The notes beneath the pieces are model-generated. The model searched no databases. It saw nothing but the letters and a program-made list of their open reading frames with translations, and had not been told where the DNA came from. Shown here piece after piece: positions 35,666-47,655 of a stretch of 64,000 nucleotides of DNA. Source of the stretch: Somniosus microcephalus (taxonomy: Eukaryota); NCBI GenBank assembly GCA_052327205.1, contig CM126204.1, forward strand, positions 302,498,001-302,562,000. Direction: 5' to 3'. Both the position numbers and the translations under genes were made by a program. Position 1 is the stretch's first letter. Each line of letters opens with the position of its first letter.

Positions 35666-36848
35666 GGAGTTAATTGAGGTGTAAAAAATTATGAGGGGCC
35701 TAGATAGCGTGGATCAGAAGGACTTATTTCCTGTAGCAGAGAGGTCAATAACCAGGGGGCATAGATTTAAAGTAATTGGTAAAAGGATTAGAGGGGAGTT
35801 GAGGAGAATGTTTTTCACCCAGAGGGTTCTGGAACTCACTGCCTCAAAGGGTGCTAGAGGCAGAAATGCTCGTCATATTTAAAACGTACTTAAATATGCA
35901 CTTGAAGTGCCGTAACCTATAAGGCTACGGACCAAGAGCTGAAAAGTGGGATTCGGCTGGATAGTTCTTTTTGGGCCGGCACAGACACAATGGGCTAGAA
36001 TTTCCCAGGGCTGTGGAGGCAGAAATGGAAGCGTGTGTTAAAATCGCGAAATCGGGGGGCACGAACCCATCCCGCCCCCAACCCGCCTCCATGCCTGTTT
36101 CCCAGGAGGCGGGTACCTGACCTGTACTGGGAGCCACCTCCCCGAGGCGGGAAGGGGATTAGTGCCAATAGTTTTTAGCCTAATCCCTATTTTTATCCCT
36201 GAAGTGTGGGCTGCCCGACGGCTCCAAACCACGCCAAGTTAGCGAGGCGGACCGTCGGGCTGAAGGACTTGAAGGGTTCGAGATGTCCGGTGTTCAGGTG
36301 AGTGATGGGTGCATGAGTGCAGAGGTAAGTGTGTTTGGTGTGTGTAAAGTGTTTAAATAAGTTCTACTTACCTTTACTTACTAATGCAGGCTTCCTTCCT
36401 TCAGGTCTCCGGAGTCCCTCATCTCACCGGCACAGAAAGCAGAATGTCCGCGAGCTGTCAAAAGCTGCAGCCTCTGCTTTCTGTTCTGGAGAGATCTCTA
36501 AATCAGCCTGAGAGGAAGGAATTAACTTAGAGTACAGATTGTCAGTGTTTGACAGCTTCACAGAGCTGTCAGACGCTGATATTTCATCTGTCAAAAGCTC
36601 TTGACAGATGAAATGTCAATCTGTGATGTCACCTGTTGCCGGGTGGCCCTTAATTGGCCTGCTGAGCCCGCTGGGCGGGCTCAACAAGGTCAATCAAGGG
36701 AAAATCGCGTGGATTGGCCACAACTCGATGGAGGCGGGACTACAACCTCAAAAGTGGGAGTCCCGCCTCCTACTCGCCTCCATTGATAAAATCCAGCCCA
36801 ATGGGTCGAATGGCCTCCTCCTGTGCTGTAAATTTCTATGATTCTGTG
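35666..36848 (+). mobile_element. CR1 LINE 3' end interrupted by a MITE
   Basis: The ORF remnant MRGLDSVDQKDLFP...TRGHRFK...FFTQRV is followed by a tail that resumes at 36803 (GGGTCGAATGGCCTCC...TTCTATGATTCTG). Confidence 0.85.
35992..36799. mobile_element. PIF/Harbinger-type MITE nested in the CR1 tail
   Basis: TIRs GGGCTAGAATTT and AAAATCCAGCCC; AAT TSD at 35989-35991 and 36800-36802. Confidence 0.88.
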
Positions 36849-38139
36849 AATGTTTGTGAACTGTATGGGGGGGCGTGGAGGCGGAAAGTGCCTCTGTGAA
36901 AAGTGAAGAGTGACTGTTGGGTTGTTTTTGAGGAAGTTGAACTGTTAAAAACTAAAATGCCACTTATTGTTTCTTTTTTGTTTACATTTAATATATATAA
37001 ATTGTAATATATAAAAGTGCTTAACATTCACCAGAATAAATCCCCAGACATGGATGGATGGAGAAGGTATCTTTAAGAGTGTGTGCATTTCTATTTGCTA
37101 ATAGGCAGTTTTTTCAGAAATGAAAATTAATTAAAAATGTTCATCTCCCACTGTTAGATTATCTGCTGTTACTGGGAAAAGTGTTAAATTATACAGAGAA
37201 TCATTCAGTTGCAGTTAGCCAATAAAAGAATAGTTTTCAACTTGTGGAAATGACCCTTTTTTGATAAAAATGCAATGTCCATGTTCATTGTAGACTCAAA
37301 CACTTGAAAATTCACTAAATAAAGGGTTAAAAAAAATTCTTGGTGGTGGAGTATACCCCAGACCTTTCTGGAAATTAAATCGTGTATTTGAGCAATTATA
37401 TTCTCCATCAGGTTTATGGTACGTACTTATCATTTATTTTCTCTACTATGAGTGGATGAATGTTGGGTATAGTTACAGCTTAAATTACAAGTCTGTGTCC
37501 TCACTGTAGTTTCAGTGTAATTACCCCATTTCACATGTCATTCGCCAGGTCTAGGGCCACTTTTGAGTTGTTAACTATTTTACAGCTTTCTTGAAGCTGT
37601 TGGCTAACTTTGGTTCATTTTCTAGGTTACCATATATGTATAATGGAACATGTCAGCTTGAAAATAACCTCTGTGATTATTGGTCCATTCAATCCTTCAA
37701 TTTTCACCCTGAGCTTTCATTCTTCACATGTCCTTTTGTCACCTGCTGACGAGCTCCTTCTTTATACCAAAGTGCATTTAATCCCATCTAGAATTAATGT
37801 TCAACTAAGTTCAAGATACAGTTTTTGATGAATGGAACATTAAATCAAGACATTACATAAGTAATCCAGCCATGAGTGACACAGGACATGGATGGGACTG
37901 GAAGGAGTTACTCTTCAGCATATCCACGGGCTACAATATATTCAAGATGTAGATTGGGAGGAAGAGCTATAGCCAGTCTGAGGCGTATAAGAAAATTATA
38001 ATTGTTAGACTAGGTAAAGCCTATTAGGTACAATGAGTCTGTTCCATCTACTGTATTACCTTCGCACCATACCCCTCATTCCCTTCACTTTGCAGAAACA
38101 CATTGAGTTGCCTCTTAAACCAAATTATTCTATTGCTTG

Positions 38140-38535
38140 AGAAAGAGCGAAAAAAGAACTTACATTTAGATAGTGTCTTTCACAAGCTCAGGTTGTCCCA
38201 AAGTGCTTCACAACCAATGAATCACTTTTGCACTGCAGTCACTGTTCTTACCTAAGCAAACATGGCATGCAGCAAGAAAGTAGCAAATGAGGCAAATGAC
38301 TGGTTAATCTGTTTTTTGGTGGTGTTGGTTGAGTGATGAATATGCCCAAGATACGTGACGAACTCCTGGTTTACTTTGAGTAATGCCATGGAATCTTTTA
38401 CGTTCATCTGAACAGGTAGGCAGGGCCTCAGTTAAAATCTCATCCGACAGATGGCACCTCTGGCAGTACAACATTCCCTCCGTACTGCGCTGAAGCCTAG
38501 ATTATGTATTTACGTCATGAAGAGGTGAGAGTACA
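38140..38535 (-). mobile_element. Degraded DeuSINE-like copy
   Basis: ACATTTAGATAGTGTCTTTCAC, GTCCCAAAGTGCTTCACA and GCCATGGAATCTTTTACGT are colinear with the other copies. Confidence 0.75.
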
Positions 38536-39007
38536 ATCAGCACATCAAAGAGACTGCTAAATTGTTTTTTCCCTGGTAACTTATTGCCTAGCATGGATTT
38601 CCTTTTGGGTAAAGGCTTCTCTCCTTACTGTTAACATTATAATTTATGTCCTGTGATATTTGAAACCTTTTGCAATGGTGAACAATTAGTCTGGATCACT
38701 TTGCCAATCCCTTTCATAATCTTGAAAACTCCAACATCATCTTCTTTCCAAAAGGAACAAACTGAACTTCCTTTTCCTCATAATGTAGATTTCTGATGCC
38801 CATTATAGTTCTTACATAGACTTCCAGCAGGAGATTGTGGATTTCTGTCCTTTGCCCTAGGACTCAAGTCAATGATAGTGTCTACCCACTACTGCCCAGG
38901 TGTTGTGTAGTTCAGTATGGAGCAGGATCCTGGGACTTCCCCGACTGTTTGGTTCAGGTGCACACTGCACTGTCTATCAACTTACTGAGGCATGACAGGA
39001 ATCAGTG

Positions 39008-39470
39008 GGCCGATTTTAACCCTACCTGCCTGGTAGAAACTGGACGGTAGGCAGTTTAAAAACGAGCAGGTTACTTATCCACTCAGAACCTGACCCTTTG
39101 CAGCCGTCTCTGGTCTTAACCTGCAGAGTTCTGCAAGCGGAGGAGAACCTCATCAATAGGACCCCGATAACATTTTAACCGGGGCACCCGGCTTTCCCGC
39201 CAGGTTGAAGCAGATCAGCAGCTGGTAGGAATGGGAGGGACAAAGGGTTGCTCCTCCAGGATTCGCAAGGAAAATCACAGCCTTCCGCTGCACTGGGCTC
39301 TTCCCCGTGAGACCCTCCCAAAGCTCACCTCCCGCCACTTACCTGGAAACTGGCAGACGGCCAAGGGCCGCCTGATCTTCCCCTGCTGGCAGCCGCTCCG
39401 TGTCCTCTTCCCACCCAGACTGGGAACCCACTCTGAGTTCAAATCCATCCCAATATCTTTTTAGAAACTC
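39008..39470. mobile_element. Partial Harbinger-type MITE
   Basis: Begins GGGCCGATTTTAACCC like the other MITE ends and is GC-rich. No clear second TIR. Confidence 0.45.
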
Positions 39471-41284
39471 TACCTTAAAATTTCTAATTCGGTGGCACAA
39501 TACCTCGCCCACAGCCAGTGTGTACCGGACAATCACTGCTGACCTGGACTCTGAACATTTATCCTGTGTGTATTCTTACATTCCAGATCATTAAATTATG
39601 TCATTATTTACTCAATATTTCAACCCAGTTCCCACTTTAATATCAAATAAGAATACTCTAAAAGAGAGTTCAAATGATATTACGATGTTGAACTGGTACA
39701 TTTGTGAGCATTAACTTTAACTACATTATTTTTAATTAAGGGAAATTTTGCAAAGCTTAGCAAGATTGAGATGATTCTGGGCAGTGCTGGAGCTCAGTTA
39801 CTGAATAGCTGGTTCCTCTCAATTTGGAAGTTGTTTCTTTTCCTGAAAATACACTGTTTCAAGTTTCTGTTTTTGCCCAGGGCTCTGACAATAGCAGGAA
39901 GCCAGTTTTCAAACAGCCCCGACATGCAAGGATTGCTTAGGAACTCATGTCTGGACTGCTGTTACCCACTGACTCAGGTATTTTTCTTCAGAGCTATGTG
40001 GTAGGAGTCAGAGTTATAAAAGCCTTTCACTATAACTCGGGTAGACAGGAGCACCCGAGCAGTAGGCAGCCCTAGACACATGATGGTTGTGTCAGCTAGA
40101 ACTGGCCTTTCAAATGCAAGAAGTATTCTACATAACTAAATTGAATGGAGCCCCACAGGCTATATATTTCATTAGATCCCAGGGGAAGTGTGGGACACGG
40201 CTTCCTTCTGCTTAGCTGGGATTTAGCCAAGAACATTCTCCAGGCCTAGTTTCTACAACAGGCCTGCCTTAAAAAAAAAACTTCTACCAATCACCCGAAG
40301 GGCTATAAATTTGACATTTCCCACAGATCCTTTAAGGCAGTCATGTTGCTGTGTCAGCAATATGCACAAGATCATGTGCTCTCTATTGTTTAACAGAGAA
40401 CTGTTGAGACTTTAGGAAAACCAAGTGTTTTCTCTCACTGTCTTCAGCTTTCAACACTGAAGATGTGAAAAACAGCAGTGCCGTTTTGCTAGTTTTGAAC
40501 CTCTTTCCCTGTGACAACAAATAAACAAACAGTAAATCCTTTTTAGTGAAAATGTAAACAAATATTAATGTGTCCAGAGATTTTTGGTGCTTTATTCTTT
40601 AAAAAAAATTAACCCTCTTCTATGAAATCAACTCACTTTTGTTGCTGTGGGGAGACAATGGGCTTTTTGTGGTTTTGGCACTTGCTGTAGAACCATGAAG
40701 AGATTTTCTGGAAGGAATTACATCCTATTGAGCCTGGGACACCCTGCTTGCTGGTCCAGGCTGTGAAGTAATGGAACTCATCCCACAAACACACTGGCAA
40801 GTGGTTTGGAGCAATTTTAGGTTTAGACATGTGCTTCAAGTGTCCAATGTAGAGATGTTGCATCAGTTGAATGCATGGGTGTCCAGATTAGTATTGATAT
40901 TCTGCCACTAGATGTTACTAGTGCATTTAATAAACACTCGATCAAAAGTTGTGAAAGACACTTAGGAGCAGTATAATAATTGCACCAACTTTTTCTTCAC
41001 TGTGGCTCTTTGAAACCAGTACTGAATTCTTGAAAATTGGATGTGAGAGTCTGAATGATCCAATTTCAAATTCCTAGATCCTACTATGAGTGGGGCTGGT
41101 TATTTGTCCTTGTACTTATGTAGACATTGGGCAATTCTACCAATATTATTGACTGGCCCAAGTATTCAAATCCCCAGTACTGTAACATCAGGTTTGGCAA
41201 CACAAGTAATGTTTTAACCTTTTAAGGGAGAGTATTTTAAATGTGGTTGCATAGAGTTTCTGGTTTCAGTGCAGTCGATAATCT

Positions 41285-41899
41285 GGGTGCAATTTGTGCT
41301 GGTTTTTCCAAAGTGAAGTTATACTTCAAGTTTCTACTAAAACTCATTTGTATAATCGCAAAATTTTCCGTGAACCAGTGCAATCGGGCAGCATTTTAGA
41401 ACATAATTGTTTATATCTTTTCGCTTGCATTAAAAAATATTCCTTTATGTATTTAAGAGTGGTAACCTGGTGCAATTTTACTAATAAAACTGAAAATGAG
41501 TTTATCACAAATAATAAACATTTTAGTAAGAGTGTCTAGTCCAGCACCTGTGAGTAACCTGATTTCAAATAACTTAAAAAACTATACAGAATTACATATT
41601 TTTAAATATTTAAATATTTTTAAAAGGTCCCCATTAGTGTCTTTGCACCTAAAAAAAAAAACCCAACTTAATTTGAAGTGCCTCCTCGAACGGTCACAAT
41701 TGGTGCAAACTCACCATGCTCAATAATTCGACCTGGGGGCGTGGAGAGTCTTGTGTGCAGGGCAGATCTCCAGTGCGATGTTATTCAAACCAGCGTAACA
41801 GATCGTGGAAACTCAATTTGCACTGGACGTAATTTGGCCTTGAAACTCCTTGATCTTTTACGCTGATTTCGGGTGAATTACCGAGCGGAAACTGTGCCC
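41285..41899. mobile_element. Old Harbinger-type MITE
   Basis: Inverted ends (ATCT)GGGTGCAATTTGTGCT and AGCGGAAACTGTGCCC(AGAT), with an AT-rich centre. Confidence 0.55.
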
Positions 41900-42574
41900 A
41901 GATATGTTTAGGCTTTCTTGATTCACATAAATCTCAGGAGTCCACAGGTCTTTAAAGGTGTAGTAGTCATTCGTGAAGCTGTTGTGTTTGACAATGACCG
42001 CGCACTATCCCAGACAGAGTTGACCCAGACAACTGAGATAAGAAGGTGCACGAACATAACCCCAAAGCCCTAAACCTTTCACCAACTGAGGTGAGATGAA
42101 GGGCCTGATAAATGCTCCATCATTTTTTTTTAATTAAATGAAACCAAATAATGCAGTAACTCTGGTTTATTCTTCAGCAGTAGAATGACTCAATTCTCGA
42201 TCAGTGGTGCTAACACGTGTGGATTGCAGCTGTACTCGTGCTTTTTTTAAATTTATTTTACTCCTTATCGCCTGATGCCAGAAACGGAGTCTGGCTTGCT
42301 AAAGTGAGCAATAACTATGTTTCCCCCTTCTTAATTGTTTCCAGTTCAGCTGGTGTAAAACCACAGAACATATGCAGAATGTGGAAGTGATATTCCTTGG
42401 TTTTATTTTTCAACCTGAACTGTCAGTTCTTAAAATAGTATGTTAAGTTTAGATGTGCATCACAAGATAGTCTCCTGAACTCTTCTTTTAATGGGCAGGA
42501 CCCTCCAGTTGAAGTAGACGATGTATCAGTATATGGTTGCTGCTGTTTTCTGCAAATAGATCAGCCCTTCTACT

Positions 42575-42962
42575 CATAGAAACACAGAAGATAGGAGCAG
42601 GAGTAGGCCATTTGGCCCCTCGAACCTGCTCCGCCATTCAATGAGATCATGGCTGATCATCCAAACTCAGTACCCTGTCCCTGCCTTCTCCCCATATCCC
42701 TTGATCCCTTTAGCCTTAAGAAATATATCTAACTCCTTCTTGAATATATTTAATGAATTGGCCTCAATTGCCTTGTGTGGTAGAGAATTCCACAGGTTCA
42801 CCACTCTCTGGGTGAAGAAATCCTCCTCATCTCTGTCCTAAATGACTTACCCCTTATCGTTAGACTGTGACCCCTGGTTCTGGACTCCCTGGCCATCGGG
42901 AACATCCTTCCTGCATCTAGTCTGTCTAGTCCTGTTAGAATTTTATAAGTTTCGATGAGATT
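42575..42962 (-). mobile_element. CR1 (HER1-like) LINE 3' end
   Basis: The reverse complement of the tail (ATAGGAGCAGGAGTAGGCC...CCTGCTCCGCCATTCAATGAGATCATGGCTGATC) is followed by the C-terminal coding remnant. Confidence 0.9.
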
Positions 42963-45479
42963 GACTCGGGGCACTTGAAGTTTGTTTCTTTGTTCCTTTT
43001 TGATCTAAAATGAATGCCATTGTTGATAAAAGTTGGGGAATGATAGGTGAGGAAGTGCTATCTGTGGTATTATTAGCTTTGAAAATTATGCTCTTATGTA
43101 GTAGAACCAATACATTTTTAGCAGTTAAAATTATTCCACAATTTTTTTTGGTGAGAAGAGAACTTTAGTATTATTGCAGTAATCTTTTAAACATTTCAGA
43201 ATTCAATGAAAGAGAACAGAAGGAGATTAATAAAACATTTGGATTTTTTCAAGCTTCCAGCATTAGTTCATGGTAAAGCTGAAATTTAAATCTTTGAGGG
43301 AAAAGAAGGGGAGTTGTCTCGTATTAAAAGCAGATTGGGAAGTGACTATATTTTTCATCTCTATATGTCAGTTTATAAAGAGCATAATAAGTGTCACTGG
43401 CCAATGTAATCTGGTATTAAAATGTTAAGATCATCCTGGTCAGTATTCAGCTAATATTCAAGAACATATTTTTTGATGCTGCCTTGGTTACATGTGCATG
43501 CCAGTTAGCCATGCAAATTGATGGCATCCAAAAATGTCTGGATTGTTTATATACAATTTTGGGTGTTGGAGATAGAAATAAGTATTGTTCTACTTGTGAG
43601 CTAAATCTCGAATGCTGTTGGGCCTATCCTTACTGTTTATTTCTCCTGAATAATTAAGAAGCAATATTTTTTTCATTACACTAATCTAAAGTTTATGAAA
43701 CTTTGACACTGTTCTATTCATATCTGTTGTTTTAATTCTCTGTGCTTGAAGTAATCTTATTTATTCCTTAATGTCCCACTGCCTGTTAGGAGGGGCACAA
43801 TGCATCGTTGTATTAATGTTAACCTTAGTATGGTAATGATGGTTTCACAGCTGTTTAAGAGCATGTATTTAGGTTACAATGTGTTAAAGACACCAGTGGC
43901 ACTTGTCATAATGAAGAATGAATCTTTCAACATGTTGTGGCTGAAAAGGCTGAGTAAAGTGGTTTATGGCAGGATTGTTTGTCCCACAGACCATGGGGTT
44001 AATTAGAGGTTACCATTGCCTCTCCCCTTCCCTTCTCTCCTCCCCCAGCTGGGAGCACAACAGGGCTCAGAGCACAGTCAGTCTGCAGTCATGACTTTGA
44101 CCTACAGCTGACAGATGATCCTACATAGAAAAAATAAGACTCCTTTACCCTGAGTGTATCATTGTACATACTCCGAGTTTTGAATCAATCAGATTAGTTT
44201 GTGCATATTATATATTTGTTTATATGAAGGTTATTTGTGTATACTGTATATATAGATATATGCACTTCTGCTGTTATATATAAAGTTGTTTATTCTTTCC
44301 ACTTGAAGGATATTTGATTTCTCTAATAATGTTTCCGACAATGTGTATTGACTTACTTCCCCCAATGTATATACATGTAACTTATTATTAGCTAGACAAG
44401 GCTCAGGTGTTCATATCTCCGCTTAGATTGAAGTATGTGAATGTAGATGTAACCATTTATAAGTGAAGTATTAAAAGGGTGATGGTGCCTCATTTGAGAG
44501 TTTTCAAACTGCCACAGCTCGCAGAACAGCCTGCTCCAGAAACTGAACCAGCGGGCCCCATATTGCCCACTGGGGAAAATGCAAAGTTTTCCAGTGTGTT
44601 TTTGTAATCTTTAAATAGTTTTATTTTCAAAAGTTTTGAAAGGAAATGTAAATATTTTATGTAGTACTTTTGATGAGTTTACTGACCTAGGAAAATGTTT
44701 TGTGAAGCATTTTGTTGATGTTGTCCTTTCTGAAACTGTTAAACTACTCCTTTACGTGTTCAGTCTTCTGTGCCTCCTGGCGATGATGTACTTGTGTTTC
44801 AGTTAGGTTGGGGCTGATTGCTGTAATGCCTAGATGTTAAACAGATAGCAATACTTAATTTGTTTTTTAATACCTGGAATGTAATTAAAATCCTATTTTA
44901 ATAGCAGTTGGGATTTACTGCTTGATGTCTGCATGAATCCATTGGTTTAGTGCGAAAGTCATGCTGTGCCAATGTAAGCCCGCATTGTCACAACTGTTAT
45001 TCAAACGCTGCTTCTCTCCATGGTTGAAGTTCCAAAGCTCTTCACCAGAAGACTGCTGGAGAGAGTACTTTGCAGTCCTGCTAGAATTTAAAGAAGACAC
45101 AAAAAAGTAACTGTAATAAAGTGTTTTAAATTTACTTTTTATATTTTATTTAAATTTGGTAAAGCATAAACAGGAGCAGCTAGGTACAGTTATATCCCTC
45201 CCACCTGCCCCCCCCCCCCCCAACCCAACCCTTGAGTCTTCTCATCACTCCAAAGGTACTGCACCTACAGGTGGCCCATTATAAGAGCCTCAGTAGTTTC
45301 CAGGTATTCAATTGAACCTAAATTCCCTGTTGGAAAGGAAAGTCATAGGCAAGAAAACCAGAAAATTGACTCAGCAGCTCAGCACCAAACCTGTCTCAGA
45401 CATCCTATGAAGCTTCTGCCAGCACAATACATAGGAAGACGGGAGATGGTACCAGGGAACAGGAAAACATCCAAAGTTC

Positions 45480-45870
45480 AATGCCGTGAGTAGAGAATGG
45501 AGAACCCCCAGTGAGTTAAGCTCCCCCTGAGCAAAGCTCGTTGAGAAAAACTATCACTACAGAGCTAAAGAATGTAAGTATAAATCCACTAATACAAAGG
45601 GCAGCTCCACCCGCCCGCCCCCCCCCCCCCCGCATGAAATATAACCCTCCCTTGGTTCCATTGAGTGGAGATTGGGACAAAGAATCCCCCAATACTAAAG
45701 ATTTAAGTTTGAGAACCCCTCCCCATACTCAGTAGAGTTTGGGAGAAACTCCCAACAACATGAGTAAATCTTGGAACACACACCCTTCCCAGTGAGTAGA
45801 AATTGCAAACCTCCCCCAACCCACTAAGCATAGTTCAGCTCACAGATTAGGGAACCCCCTTCCCCCCCCC
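45480..45870. repeat. Degenerate C-rich tandem repeat
   Basis: Recurring GTGAGTAGAGA(A/T)TG...GAACCCC-like units with C runs. Confidence 0.45.
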
Positions 45871-46440
45871 CCCACGCACCTTTAAACAGAAAACATGATC
45901 TAATCCCCTCCAGGTTCCCTGCGGAACTGAAGCTTGCCCCCTCTACCCCAGCTTAGAGGAGATTCAGTTCGATTCCTGCCCGTTGTGAGCAGTAACTGAT
46001 GCTCCATCCAACAGGAACCAAATTCCCCTCACCCACATGCTTGTGCCTCTTCTAGCTCCTCACCCAGAAGTAACTCGGCAGCATCCCCCACCCTGAACCG
46101 AAAGTCTACACTCTGTAACTCCATGCGAGACGACAAGCAACCCTCACCCAAGGGAGATGGAATCGGGCCTTAGTTCAGTGCTTCTCCTATCTCCCACTGA
46201 GTGAGAATTGACCCTTATCCACTGCGACCCACCCTTCCCCATACACCATTGCCCCATCTCCTCCACCCTTCTCCCCATCCTCTTCCTCTCCTCTGCTTAC
46301 CTCCCATCTCTCCCCTCCCCATCAATCGCTTCCTCCCTGTCCCTCCGCCCCACTGTGAAGAAATAGGCCTTGGCACCCCTTCATAGTCCTCTGTTTCCCC
46401 CCTCCTCCACCTGCCCTGGCGCCCTTCTCTTCACCCCTTG

Positions 46441-46615
46441 CTTAAGGCTAAAGGATCAAGGGATATCTTAAGGCTAAAGGGATCAAGGGATATGGGGAGA
46501 AGGCAGGGACAGGGTACTGAATTTGGATGATCAGCCATGATCTCATTGAATGGCGGAGCAGGCTCGAGGGGCCGAATGGCCTACTTCTGCTCCTACCTTC
46601 TATGTTTCTATGTTT
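46441..46615 (+). mobile_element. Short CR1 (HER1-like) 3' tail inserted in a CT-rich region
   Basis: GGATATGGGGAGAAGGCAGG...GATCAGCCATGATCTCATTGAATGGCGGAGCAGGCTCG...TTCTATGTTTCTATG. Confidence 0.9.
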
Positions 46616-47469
46616 GCTGTCCCCCACTCCAATCCTACTCTTCCTATCTGTCTATCTCTCTCCCCTGCCGCCTCTTCTTTCCCATCTCTCTCTCCACCCC
46701 CCTCACCTGCCCATCTACCTCAGCTGGCACCCACCTGGATCCAGTTACTCCGCTACCTTCTAACCGGCTTGACCTGAATACTGAACTTTGTCTTAAGTCC
46801 CCACGTGCAACACCACAAGTTATGCTTTTAAAATTGGTGGCTACTGAGTCGAGAGTGATGGGATAAGAATTATGCATTAGCAGTAATGATGAAAACATGT
46901 CTAAAACCATAGTACATATAATGACAACACCAGAATGCTGATTTAATTCAGTGAGGGTTTTTGGTACATGCCTGGTGAACTAGAGCCATTGTTTGTTGCA
47001 GGAGATTGTTCTATTGGACTGATTTAGAGTCTATTCTGTCACAGGTAAATGTCTTTAGCTTCTGTGAGAAAATGTCTCAAAGTCTATCTATAGTTAGAAG
47101 CACTGTAGGTAATTACAATAAATTTGCTGCACTGAATACAATTGTTTATTAAATAGTACTACATTATCCTTCAAAAAAATCTGACAGATTCTTTTTACCA
47201 TTTAAGAAATCAAAATCTGATTTCAGTACAGAACTGCATATGCTCTCAACAGTGGGACAGAATACAGTCCTCATAATGTCACATTATTTACATAACTATT
47301 TAAATAGAATAATTGACAGTGAGCAATGATGTGAAGTGGACAGAATGGGTGAGTAAATTACAGGCTTCCCAAAGTCACAAGTTTAACTGTTTGGTGAGAG
47401 CCTACTGCTCAGAAGGATCTTATTTGGTTTATAACAGATGTTAACGATTTCTCTCTCTCTCCACTCCGC

Positions 47470-47655
47470 CCCAAGTGAAATGAGTTTCGGCACTCTCAAC
47501 CCAATTCTTACTGTTACAAGTCCACAAAGTTGCACATGATTTGGCCTTAGACTGCCAATATCACTCTGAGAGATTAGAAGAATGGATCGTATGCAAAATT
47601 AAAGTGCATCAGGTATACTTTCTTTAAGTTGGGGTTGAGGCACCTTATTGAGGCT
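47470..47655 (+). mobile_element. Possible ancient SINE relic resembling the LF-SINE body
   Basis: GTGAAATGAGTT...TCTCAACCCAATTC...GTCCACA...GAATGG...GGGTTGAGGCAC occur in the same order as in the LF-SINE consensus as I remember it. Confidence 0.4.

Noticed and set aside
46885-46945. C/D box snoRNA (ATGATGA...CTGA)
   Set aside because: It is too short, lacks a clear terminal stem and C'/D' boxes, and has no recognisable rRNA guide.
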